DNA from: Chiloscyllium plagiosum
Lineage: Eukaryota
Length of the DNA stretch: 64,000 nucleotides
NCBI RefSeq assembly: GCF_004010195.1
Contig: NC_057718.1
Coordinates: forward strand, 30,386,045-30,450,044
Direction: 5' to 3'
Shown here: in pieces, positions 49,621-61,909 of the stretch
How the letters are laid out: the number at the start of each line of letters is the position of its first letter
Numbering within the stretch: the stretch's first letter is position 1
Program-made: the position numbers and the translations under genes
Notes under the pieces: generated by a model
What the model was told of the DNA's origin: nothing
The model's database searches: none
What the model saw: the letters and a program-made list of their open reading frames with translations, nothing else

Positions 49621-50454
49621 TGGAGCTGACAAAGGGGGGAATATCCTGGATGCAAATCAGATGGGAAACTGACAGCAATCCTCTGAAGATGAGGATTAGG
49701 ACATTGACAAGGAGGACTGTTTAAGACAGTATGATAGAACACACATTGCCAAGCGAGAGAAACCAGACAGAACATCAATGAAACCCACTTCCAAGATGAA
49801 TGAACTGGGTTTAGAATTTGTTTAATTATTGAAGATTTTATGAGTTATCTGGAAAGCAGCACTTTTGCTCTCAGTGCAAAAGACCTTGTTATTGTTGCAG
49901 TCATTTACTTTTTCTGCTGCTGAATTAATGTCTCGTTATCCATCTGATTGCATGCTTGATATCTTTTGGTGATTCCACTTTCAAATATTTGTACATTACA
50001 TGTCCTATTAACTGTCCAGTACAAAAATGTCAATGAGACTGTACATTAATATTGCATGATGCTAAGATGAGATCATTCTTAAGGCTTCATTCAGCTTGTC
50101 ATAACTGATTGTTGGACAGTGAATTCTCTAATGATAGCCACCATGTTTAGAGGAATTCTGAGGAACTCCCTTTGACCTTTCCACCATAGCTAACCCTTCA
50201 ATGTTTCAGAGTGCATGTACTGCTAATTTGCCTTGAAATGCTTGAACGTCCTATTGGCCAGTTTTGATCTTCCAAGGGCAGAGTTTTTTTTGCAGCTTTT
50301 TTCAGCAAATCACTGTGCTTTAAGAGAGCATGGAAATGTGAACTGCACTTTTGTTTCCTACCAGCTTTAATACATTCCATTAAAAATCTGATACATAAAA
50401 TGAACCTTGCCCTCTAGAGATGTATGGAATGATCACTGATTCTGTATCCTCACG

Positions 50455-50970
50455 TGTAATTCTGGTCTCCCTCCTATTGGAAAGATGTTGTGAAACTTAA
50501 AAGGTTTCAGAAAAAATTTACTAGAATGTTGCCAGGGTTGGCGGGTTTAAGCTATAGGGAGAGGCTGAATAGGCTGGGCTGTTTTTCCTAGAGCGTGACC
50601 TTACAGAGGTTTATAAAATCTTGAGGGGCATAGATAAGGTAAATGGACAAGGTCTTCTCCCTGGGGTTGGGGAGTCCACAAGTAGAGGGGATAGGTTTAG
50701 GGTGAGAGGGGAAAGATATAAAAGGGGCCTAAAGGGCAACGTTTTCACACAGAGGGTGTGCGTGTATTGAATGAGCTGCCACAGGAAGTGGTGGGGGCTG
50801 GTGCAATTACAGTATTTAAAAAACATTCGGAGGGGTATATGAATAGGAAGCATTTAGAGGGATATGGGCCAAGTGCTGGCCAATGGGACTAGATTAATTT
50901 AGGATACCTGGTTGGCATGGACGAGTTGGACCGAAGGGTCTGTTTCCGTGCTGTACATCTCTATGACTCT
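50455..50970 (+). mobile_element. CR1 3' fragment
   Basis: aattctggtctccctcctat...tail ctgtacatctctatgactct. Confidence 0.88.
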
Positions 50971-52321
50971 GTCTAAAGAGGGTGCTCATTTCTCACATGG
51001 ATATGACATAACCAGAACTGACAGTGAGAATGATCCTACAGTAGACATTTCAATACACCATGTGGAGATATAGTTATGAACAATGAATACTTATGGACAA
51101 AAGTATGCCAACTATGTGCCCTGAGGAAGATGTGTCCCCCTTCCTTTTGTATTTAAGTTCAGTCTTCTCTCAAGAATGCGTAGAGAATTCACTACTGTAA
51201 GGAGATAGTGGATGATTCAGACTGTGTACTGTGTATCGGATGCTCTAACAGCCATTTGGGCTGAATTTAATTATCAATTAATGCACAAATGCTGCAATTG
51301 TTCTGATTTTCAATTCACGGGCTATTCCTCGGCATTGGTTGGTGGATAAATTGCAAGTTATGATTGGTGAATACCATGAAACCTGTCATTATTTTGACAA
51401 CAAAACTTATGACTTTGTATTTGGTCACTATTCTTACGATGCTTAATGTATAATTAATGTATAAAATAGTTACCTAACTTGGAAAGTGTGGTGCATCTTC
51501 ACAGAACATGAATGCATTTTGCCAAGTACCAGGCTTCCTTTAGAATTATAGATACCATCCAAATCATTTCCTTTTTTAAAAAAGATGACATGAACAAGAT
51601 GTATAAACATGATGTTGTGTAAAGGCTTTAGAATCTTGCAGAAACCTTACATGTATGGAGATACTCTTCATTGAGTATAAATAACATGGTATTGATAGAG
51701 TTAAATGAAAAAAGAAAAAAAGCATGTGGACAGCTAAACAGAAACCTAAAGACCAGTCATGTTCATGTTAGAAACGTGCAGAGAAGCATGTGAAGTAGAT
51801 CGAGCCTTAGGCAATAAAGTTTATGGATAATCTTTCAACAATGTAACTGTAAGATTAGAGATATGTATTATCTCTAAATACCATATAATTATGCAATAAC
51901 CAGAGTCATAATGAAGCTCTAGCCCATAGGGCACTTTAATCTTACTTTGTCCTCAACCAGTCTGTCTTTAACCAAACTCACGGATGTGGACATAAAACCA
52001 CACAATGCAAGTCGGCCATGCCTTATTCAAAAACCTCAGGATGAACAGCTTTTTGATACAATTCACTTACTTCTCAGTTTCTTTTGCCAATCATCTCATA
52101 ACCAAAAGCAAAATATTCATTTAATGCTTGAACTCATTGTATCCTGGTGTGTTGGGTTTACATTAGCTTTACAGATACTATCAGGAAGACAACTCTTTGG
52201 TATTACTTCTGCCTTTGAGTTTTTCAATGCACTATTACAGCATTTCACAGAGATTGGATGGCACCATATTGGAAAGAGGCTTTAGCAGTTACAGATCTGT
52301 GAGAAATTTTCTGATCACATT

Positions 52322-52690
52322 GGGTGGCTCAGTAGTTAGCATTGCTGCCTCACAGCGCCAGAGTCCTGGGTTCAATTCCAGCCTCAGGCGACTATCTGTG
52401 TGACGTTTACACATTCTCCCCATGTCTGCATGGGTTTCTTACAAATGCTCTGGTTTCCTCCCACAATCCAAAAGTGTTCAGGTTGTGTGGATTGGCCATG
52501 CTAAATTGCCCATAGTGTCCAGGAATGTGCAGACTAGGTGGGTTAGCTATGGGAAACACAAGGTTACGGGGGGGTGGGGGAGGGGGGGGTGGTGAGCGGT
52601 AAGGCTGGGCCTGGGTGGGATGCTCTTTGGAGGGGTGGTGTGGACTCAATAGGCCTAATTGTCTGCTTCCACATTGTAGGAATTCTTTGG
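52322..52690 (+). mobile_element. Full-length HE1/V-SINE-like SINE
   Basis: A-box tggctcagtagttagc, B-box ggttcaattcc, V core, G-rich segment, CR1-like tail. Confidence 0.88.
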
Positions 52691-53284
52691 TTTCATGATT
52701 TACAGCCCCTTGGTCATGATTGAGTTTAATTAGAAACTTTGGTCTCCCTTTTGAATGAAAAAGAGATTGCAAAAATTGTCTCCTCACTGACAAAGATTTC
52801 ACCATGTAAACCTATGCGATTCTCTTAAGATACTCTTATTTGTCGAAGGCAAGTAACAGTCTTTGGCAGATGCTTTTTTCAGAGTCATTGTCGATGTATT
52901 CTCATTTGTCGATGATTTTGGGCTGAAATACACTCTTATACTCTGTTAACAGTATTATCTTGGCCAGTCTCACAAAGCAAACTCAGCCTTATCAGGGAGA
53001 AACAAAAGAAGCATCTGGAATGTACGATTGTGCTCAAGTATTGCACCCAAGGATGGCTTAGAACATAATTAACAAACTTTGCTGTGAAAACCCATTTCAA
53101 AGACAGGCAGCATTTCTCTATCATCACTGATTTACTGGTATTTGATGATGATCTTTCAAAGGATTTGCCAAGGGCACTAGGGTGCAAACATAAAGCTCAT
53201 GGGGCTTTCACGAACAGGGATCAGAAAACAATTGGAGGACCTTGTTGTTAATTGTAATTTGTGAAGTGATCAGAAATGATACAG

Positions 53285-55520
53285 TTGCTGGACTAGTGAT
53301 CCAGGTAATGTTCGGAGGTTCAGGTTCAAATCCCACCATTTGAAATTCAATAGAGATCTATGATTAAAAGAAATGATGACCATGAAACCACTGTCCATTG
53401 TTGTGAAAAACTCAACTGATTCATTAATCTCCTTTAGGGAAGGGGTTCTGCCATTTATATTTAGTCTGGCTTACCTGTGACTCTAGACCCACAGAAATAT
53501 GGTTGATTCTTAACTGCTATGTGAAATGGCTTTAACATTCACTTGTATCAACTAGAAAGCTAGAAAGTCTCAAAAAAGCATAATTCCAGAACCTGGCAAT
53601 AATACCTGATGTTAACTAAGGCATTGGAAACAGTAACAGCAAACTCGGCCCTGTTGACACTGAAATGTCCTCCTTATAACATCTGGGCACAAGTGCTAAA
53701 ATTAAGAGAACTGTATTGCAGGCTAGTCAAGCAATAGCCTGACATAGTCATATTCACAAACTCTCATGGCAACAGGTCAAATGTGTGCAAGAAAATTTCC
53801 TGCTATTACCATGTACTTACCCACACCTCTGGCTGATTCATCAATACTCCTCCATATCGAACACTACTTGGGGTATAGCTACAGTGAAGGATGAACTTTA
53901 ACATCTATCTCAAGAGTGGCTTGGCAGCCTCACAACTGACTGAGCTGGTTGAGTTTTAACAATACATTTGCGAGATATGGTCTGTGGCAGACAGTGTGGG
54001 AGCCAACATTTGAAAACATTTATGAACAGAAAGTATTGGAGAACTTCAACAGGCCTGGCAGTACCTGTGGAGAAGGAAACGGCGTTAACGTTTCAAGTCT
54101 GGAATTACTTTATTTGGGGATTAAAAGAAGCTGAAAAATAGTGCTTTTTATGTTGTTAACTGAGGGGGAGGAGGAACAACTGGATCACGTGGTAAAGGAC
54201 AATAGATATATAAAATGAGCATAAATGTTTGGTGTGAAAAGAAGAAAATGGGTCTGCTCTGCTGAGAGCAAAGCCAACAAGACATAAACAAGATACAGCC
54301 AAGAGGAAGATGGAGGATGTAGGAAAAATGGAGAGCAGAGGTGAGGTCATACTCTGTAATAATGAAATGTACTACTGAGTCCTAGAGGCTGTAAAGTGCA
54401 TAAGCACCAAATGAGGTGTTGTTCTTCCTGCCTGCATTGAGCATCGTTGGAGCACTAGCAAGATAAGGATGGAAATGTTATCATGGGAATAAGATGGTTT
54501 ATTTAAATGGAAAGCAAATACAAGGTCTCAGCAGAGCAGACTACATTTGACCAAATGAGGCATCCAGGAGCCTGAGCACAACTGGGATTCAGAGGGAAGA
54601 CTCTCTGCTGTTTGGAGTCACACCTGGCACAAAGGAAGATGTTAGTTGCAGGACACCTATGCAGGAGTTCCTTGGGTAGTGTCCTAGGCCCAACCATTTT
54701 AAGCTTCTTCATTAATGACCTTTCCTCCATCATAACATCAAATGTGGAGATGTTCACTGGTTGCAGAATGTTCAACACCATTCTCAACTCCTCATGTACT
54801 GCCCAAATGTAGCAAAACCTGGATGATGTCCAGGTTGGGCTGATAAGTGGCAAGTAACATTAGTGCAATACAGGTGCCAGGTAATGTCCACCTCCAAGTA
54901 GAGAGAATCTAAACATTGCCCCTTAACATTCATGATACCACCATCATTGCACCCCCGGTATCAACACCAGAAATTGAAGTGAACAGGCTGTGTACAGACA
55001 GTGGCTACAATAAAAGTTAGGAAGCTAGGAACCCTGTGATCAGTAACTCACCACCTGATTCTCCAAAGCCTGGATGAATGCAGTTCTAACTACAATCAGA
55101 CACCATCAAGGACAAAGCAACCCACTTAATTGGCATCACATCCATACCACCCACATTCAAAAGTAGCAGTCTGTATCAACTATGAGAGATTCGGCAGAAA
55201 TCTTCCAAGCTTTTGGCAGCACCTTCTAAACCCATGATCCCTACAATGGATAAGCACCAGGGGGTCAAAATAATGGGAATGCCAACCCCGCAAGATCACC
55301 TCCATATCACCCATCATCCTGACCAGAAATATATCGTCATCTCTTCAGTGTCATTCAGACAATACCCTGGAATCCCCGCCCTAGTGCCATTTGGAATGTA
55401 CCTACGCCAAATGAACTGCAGCAATTCAAGGTGGCGGTTCACCCCTGCCTACTGAAGGGCAACTAGAGTTGGGCAATGAATATTGGCCCAGCCAGCACAC
55501 TCCTGAATGAGTAGAAATAA
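53285..55520 (+). mobile_element. Old LINE (APE + RT remnants) preceded by a tRNA-like head; interrupted by a minus-strand PLE remnant (~54025-54500)
   Basis: Anticodon-arm-like hairpin at 53288-53304, B-box at 53323-53333, APE start NIW..LVKQ*PDIVIFT (~53678-53758), RT GSVLGPTILSFFINDL (54612-54812), 3' end ~55460-55520. Confidence 0.7.
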
Positions 55521-55994
55521 ATACTTGTTCCATGCTTGTGAATGAATGCTGGGAATATTTCATTCCTACAGAACTTCCTGATAATCTTAGGTTCTTTTGG
55601 GCATGGGCTGTTTCATACATGAGTGCCATTCTTATCTCCTGAAGTTGATCGCTACTCAAGATGGTTTGAAGTTAAAAACTGACATGTCCAATGAGGGATG
55701 TTTGCCATCAATAGTATATTTTGCATGTTTCTGTTTCTGATAATATCCCACAATTTATGCATTAAGTGCTCAGATCATGGGCAAAGACTCTTGGCGTTCA
55801 AAGTGTCACAAATTCCACTAGATACCTTCAGTCTAATGGTGAAGCAGAATAAATAATGTTGACATTGAAAAATCTGTTGAGACTTTCTTACTGCTCTGCT
55901 CATTTACTACACCACCACACAGTCGTGGGGGCTCTACCAATCACAATGGCTGATGGGGGCCCAGGTTAAAACCTCAACTTCTTTGGGTTACTCT

Positions 55995-57620
55995 AGGTCA
56001 AGTCGGCATAAGAGGGAGGAAGTGTTGGGTATTCTAAAAGGCATTAAGGTGGACAAGTCCCCAAATCTGGATGGGCTCTATCCCAGGTTACTGAGGGAAG
56101 AGAGAGAGAGGAAATAGCTGGGGCCTTAACAGATATCTTTGCTGCATCCTTGAACACGGGTGAGGTCCCGGAGAACTGGAGAATTGCTAATGTTGTCCCC
56201 TTGTTTAAGAAGGGTACATAATAATCCAGGTAATTATAGACTGGTGAGCCTGACGTCAGTGGTAGGGAAGCTGCTGGAAAGATACTGAGGGATAGGATCT
56301 ATTTACGTTTGGAACAAAATGGGCTTATCAGTGATACCAACATGATTTTGTGCAGGAAAGGTCATGTCTTACCAACTTAATAGAACTCTTTGAGGAAGTG
56401 ACAAAGTTGATTGATGAGGGAAGGGCTGTAGATATCCTATATATAGACTTCAGTAAGGCAATGGATAAAGTACAACATGGTATGCTGATGGAGCAAGTGA
56501 AGTTGCATGGGGTCCAGGGTGTACTAGCTAAATGGATAGAGAACTGACTGGGCAGCGGGAGACAGAGAGTAATAGTGGAAGGGAGTTTCCCAAAATGGAG
56601 AACTGTGACCAGTGGTGTTCCATAGGGATCCGTGTTAGGACCACTGTTGTTTGAGATAGACATAAATGAGGAAGCTTTAAGTGGTATAATTAGCAGGTTT
56701 GCAGATGAAACTAAGATTGATGGAATAGCAGACTGTGAATGGGACTGTCCGAAAATCCAGCAGAAAATAGATAAATTGGAGAGTTGGACAGAGAAATGGC
56801 AAATGGAGTTCAATCTGGCAAATGCAAGGTGATGCATTTTGGAAGATCCAATTCTAGAGCGAGCTATACGGTAAATGGAAAAGGTCAGGGGAAAATTGAT
56901 GTACAGAGAGATCTGGGTGTTCAAGTCCATTGTTCCCTGCAGGTGGCATGCAGCCCAATAGAGTGGTCAAGAAGGCATACGACATGCTTTCCTTCATCAG
57001 ATGGGGTATTGAGTACAAGAGTTGGCAGGCCATGTTACAGTTGTATAGGATTTTGTTTCGGCCACATTTGGAATACTGCGTACAGATCTGGTCGCCACAT
57101 TACCAAAAGGGTGTGGATGCTTTGGAGAGGATGCAGAGAAGGTTCATCAGGATGTTGCCTGGTATGGAGGGCACAAGCTATGAAGAGATGTTGAGTAGAT
57201 TAGGATTATTTTCATTAGAAAGATGGAGGTTGAGTGGGGAACCTTATTGGGGTGTATAAAATCATGAGAGGTATAGGCAGGGTGGAAAGCAAGACGCTTT
57301 TTTCCCCAGAGTGTGGGACTTCATTACTAGGGGTCACAAGTTCAAGGTGAGAGGGGATAAGTTTAAGGGAAATATACATGGAAAGTTCTTTACGCAGAGG
57401 GTGGTGGATGCCCGGTACGCATTGCCAGCAGAGGTGGTAGAGGCAGGCATGATAGCGTCATTTAAGATGTATCTAGACAGGTACATGAATGGGCAGGAAG
57501 CAGAGGGTTACAGATCCTTGGAAAATATGCAACAGATTTAGATAGAAGATCTGGATCAGCGCAGGCTTTTAGGGCTGAATGGCCTGTTCCTGTGCTGTAA
57601 TTTTCTTTGTCCTTTGTTCC
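55995..57620 (+). mobile_element. 5'-truncated CR1 LINE, same subfamily as 2601-5580
   Basis: RSCLTNLIELFEEVTK, RFADETK; tail ctgtgctgtaattttctttg matches the reverse of 2601-2700. Confidence 0.93.
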
Positions 57621-58612
57621 TACATTACCAAGCAATTTGATTGCATGTTGGCAATATTTGGGCAATTGAAATCATAGAATTAAACCTGACACTGGATATT
57701 TGAAATAGGAAATTGTTCACTCTTCTTTAGTACCAACAGTCTTAAGGAAAAAGCAAGGAGAGAAATACTTACTGATCTGTTCTACCTTTACATTCCCTGA
57801 AGGTGGAACATAATGTGCAATTGACTGTAAAAGATATGCAGCACCAAAAACAAAATAATGACATTTGGAGCATCGATTAAAATACCCTCCTTCATAACTT
57901 ATATTTGTAAATTATGTCTGTTTTAAAAAAAATTTGTTCAGCTTATCAGGTAGACTAATGGAGGTTACAGATTATGTTTTATATTTTTGTGTTGCCGTGA
58001 TGCTTTTTTGAGTCCGTATGCGTCAATAGGAGGAGAACATGTTTTAGAGTAATTGCAGGACCCATGCAGGGTCATAAGTGTTCTATAGTATAAAGGGAAA
58101 TGATCTTCTATTATATAAGACCATGTAGGGTATGTTATGCTGCAGAATAGTCATTCCTCAAGAATAGTAACAACTGAGTATGTTGAAGTAGGAAGGAGTA
58201 ATGTGAGTATTGAGAATACACAGGAACAAGAAGAGTAGGATGGGTTTCATTTTAGATTTCTTAGCAAATACTGTTGACTTCTGATAGAAATCCTAAACAT
58301 GGTAGTTTTATGTATTTAATCGTCCAAGAGTATGCAACAATTCTTGTTGTCACTATTACGTTTCTCCTGTGAACAACCTCCCTCCAACCCCAACTTCAGG
58401 AACTAATAATTGCTGTTTTTCTGTTACATTGCCATCCTGATATACTGAAGTACTTCCTTAACACTGTATTTGTCTATTGAGTTTACAGAAACTCACTTAT
58501 TTTGTGAAATCTATCTTATGATTGCTGTTTAATAATACAAAATGGAGCATCGTGTGGAAAATGAGGTTTGTGTAAAAGAATTACATTTTGATTGCTCTTG
58601 CTTTCTTTCCAG

Positions 58613-58667
58613 GTCTAATTTGTTTTTGATTGGATCTGCACCCAGACAAGAAATATTGATGAAACCA
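58613..58667 (+). other. Candidate 55-nt exon of the + strand host transcript
   Basis: Strong acceptor ttgctcttgctttctttccAG (58612), donor CCA|GTATGT (58668), in repeat-free DNA. Confidence 0.55.
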
Positions 58668-58868
58668 GTATGTGTATTAGGCTGTGCTGAATTTTTTTCT
58701 TGATCTCGTCACTTATTTTCATCAACAGTTCTTTTGTATGTCTTTTTACCCGCTTGTCTGTCCACATAACCTTTGATAACAGAAGAAGCGATAGTATAAT
58801 AATATGTACAATACAGAGAATAACCTGTAAGTCTCCTGAAAAGGCAGCCTTGCTACTCTTTTCTTTAG

Positions 58869-58985
58869 GCTGCATGATCGATACTGTAAAATCGTTGACA
58901 TGAAAAGCTGTCATGTGACTGATCAAATGCATTCAATGCTGCCATGGTGACCTCTAAACAACAAGAGAACAGCCAATTTTAGCAG
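58869..58985 (+). other. Candidate 117-nt non-coding exon
   Basis: Acceptor ctactcttttctttAG (58868), donor CAG|GTATGT (58986); stops in all three frames. Confidence 0.35.
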
Positions 58986-59685
58986 GTATGTCTGTGCCAT
59001 TCTAATTTCATTAACTATCCCCTACAAAAAAAAAGTTTCATATTGTATATTATCTAATACTAAAGATGCTGTGTGTTTGACATTTTTAGGTATGATTCTC
59101 AGGCAACCCGTTTGTATTGCAGTACTTATCGCTTTAGAAAAGCAAAGACTGAGGAGTGCCTTGTCTTTAAAAATATGAAATGGGTTTGATAGACCTAGCT
59201 ATAGAGGATTGTTTCAGTTGTAGGTAATCCAAAACTAGAGGTCATAAACATTAAATGGTCACTATTAAATTCAGTAAAGAATTCAGGAGAAATAATCTTT
59301 TGCCACAGAATAGTTGGAATATGGAACAAGACATCACATGGAGTAGATGAGGTGAATAGCATGGCTGCATTTAAGTGGAAACTATGGAAGTACATGAGGA
59401 AGAAAAAAAGAGAAGGTGCTCGTAAGAATTGGATTACCGTAGATTGGGAAGACTCCTACCATGTTAACGATGCAAAATTAATTTGTTAATTTTATATGTG
59501 GAGGTGCCCACATTAAGGTAGCTGTGGGAAAAATAAGAACCTAATGATAGCAGAAATGGGTTATCATCTTCCACTACAATCACAATTGCTGCCGGAAGAG
59601 TAGCTTACCACTATTCAGGGAGCTGTTGCATTGTTACCAAATTTGCATTTGCTGTTGCTTGCAGTAATATTACACACAGAACATT

Positions 59686-59985
59686 GAGTCATAGAGATGT
59701 GCAGCATGGAAACAGACCTGTCAGTCCAATTCATCCATGTTGACCAGATATCCTAACCTAATCTAGTCCCATTTGCCAGCACTAATCTAGGCCCATATCC
59801 CTCTAAACCCTCCCTATTCATGTATCCATCCAGATCCCTTTTAAATGTTGTAATTGTACCAGCCTCCACCATCACCTCTGGCAGCTCATTCCATTCACGC
59901 GCCATCCTCTTCATGAGAAAGTTGCCCCTTGGATCCCTTTTGAATTTTTTCTCTCTCACCTTAAATCTATGTCCTCTAGTTTTTT
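59686..59985 (-). mobile_element. CR1 3' end
   Basis: TRGHRFKVRE..RGNF..WNELPE..VEAGTITTFKR (ORF 59753-60076) plus tail. Confidence 0.88.
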
Positions 59986-61079
59986 CCATTTGTGTAACAG
60001 AAATTCTTGTGCAGAAAAAACCTTGATCTTTCATGTATTGGTGGAATTTTAGCTGTGCTTTTGAATATTTGAGCACATTATTCTAGAAATAGAAAATTCT
60101 GGGTTCAGATACTGCACCCTCCATTCCCCTTTTCCTAAGGGATGGACCTGGTATGTTGCCACTGATTGTTACTCCACTGATTTTGTGCCATTCGTTTCTT
60201 CATGAGTTGCCAGTATAAAGTGAGCACTTTTGCAGCATACCTTTTCTATAACCTATGATCATTTACTTGTATTTCACTGAACTTGCTCTAAGTGTAAAAT
60301 AGGTGTAGCAATCCTAATTGCCTAATATGTGCCTTCAGGGTTTAGGTGAGAATACATCACACCTGTGAATGATTCCTCTAACTAAGCCTCTCTTAGTACA
60401 GTACTGGACATATTGTTCCAATTACAGTTTTAAGACATGGAACTGTCTGTAAAAGGTGTATTAGCGTAGATGATCGAAACAAACTGTACCTCTGCTACAG
60501 CAAATATTAATTTCCACACTCACTGTGATGTTTTAAAATGTTGCATTTATGCTGTGGTCACAAGTATTTCTTTCTGTGCAATGAAGAACCGGGAACTGTT
60601 GCCTTTGTAGAGGAGAAAGCCAAGAAGGTGCCTGTTCAAGGTTTTCAGATAGGGAGAAGCTTAACCTGCTTGCAAAAAACAAGAACAAGAGGCCATAGAT
60701 TTAAAGAGATCTGCCAAAGAAAATAGAGTGTAGTAAGTAACTCTGTGAGTAGTTTGGGCTATGGAATGCACTGGTTGGAAGTGTGGTGAATGTAAGTTTA
60801 ATTGAGGCATTCAAAAGTGCATTGGCCGATTATTTGGATAAAAATAATATGGAAGGATATAGGGAAAAAGCAGGAGATTGACAATAGATAAGAATGCTCA
60901 TTTAAAAAGGCGGTGCAGGCATGATGGGCCAGATGGCCGCCCCCTCCACAATTATGTAATCTTATCCAAGCCCCAAACATCACTGCTTTATCATTCACCA
61001 GCCCTTCATCATACACTCAGAACTGTCAATGTTAGCATGTGCTGTAAAGTTTAGTATTGGCACTGCACACAAGCAAGCA

Positions 61080-61730
61080 TCAGATGCTGAAGCAGTCTAT
61101 GCCACCATACAGCAGGATCTGGATTGCACTCTGGCTTTGGCTACTATGTGACAAATAACATTTGATTCGCAAGTGCCAAGCAATGGTGATCTCTAACTAC
61201 AGGGAATCTAAGCATCATGATATTCAATGATAGTACATTGCTGAACAGCCCACCATCAATATGCAAGGGGTTGTCATTGACCAGACTTAAATGATCTTTT
61301 AAATATTGTAGGTACAAGATTATGTGGTGTCTAATTTACCTCCTGACTCCCCCAAAACCTGTCCAGCGTCTACAAGGCACAAGTCAGGCAAGTGGTTAAA
61401 TACTCTCCTGTTTGAGCTCCAGTAATACTGAAGGGCCTCAACATAATCTGGAACCTCAGCACCTTACTTGGTTGGATCATGATCCCCCCACTCTAACCAT
61501 TCTTTCCCTTCACTGCTGGAACAATGACGACAGTGCGTACCATCTACAGGTTGCACGACAAAAAAAACATTGATGGCATCTTCCTTTAACTTTAGATCAA
61601 CTCTATATCACATGGATTGCAGCAGTTAATATTGGTAGCACACACCACTTACTCTGAGCTATGGGGGATTGGGAGTAAGTGCTGCGCTCGCCAGTTATGT
61701 TCACACCCCAGGAATGAATTAGCAAAAAAA
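61080..61730 (+). mobile_element. Old LINE 3' fragment (family of 53285-55520)
   Basis: aagtgccaagcaatggtgatctc, tctacaaggcacaagtcagg; ends ...ccaggaatgaattagcaaaaaaa. Confidence 0.65.
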
Positions 61731-61909
61731 CTAAGCATCATATGGTGCATAGAAAGTTTCCATAAACATTGATGAAATGAATAGCCAGTTGATCTGTTTT
61801 ATTGACAGTGCTTCAGAGAAGAACACTGTGTAGCATTCCAGAACAAAACTCTTTGAATGGCGCGTTGGAATATATGTATTTAGTTTCTGCCCATACCACT
61901 GGACCATGT

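Noticed and set aside
52322..52385. tRNA genes at SINE heads (also 43120-43191, 53285-53340)
   Set aside because: A/B boxes are present but there is no complete cloverleaf, and each continues into a SINE/LINE body.
52567..52620. G-quadruplex-like G runs
   Set aside because: Lies in the variable G-rich part of a SINE; no sign of locus-specific function.
56328..56930. 200-aa minus-strand ORF (and similar ones at 7352-7831, 20356-20841)
   Set aside because: Antisense shadows of CR1 RT coding sequence.
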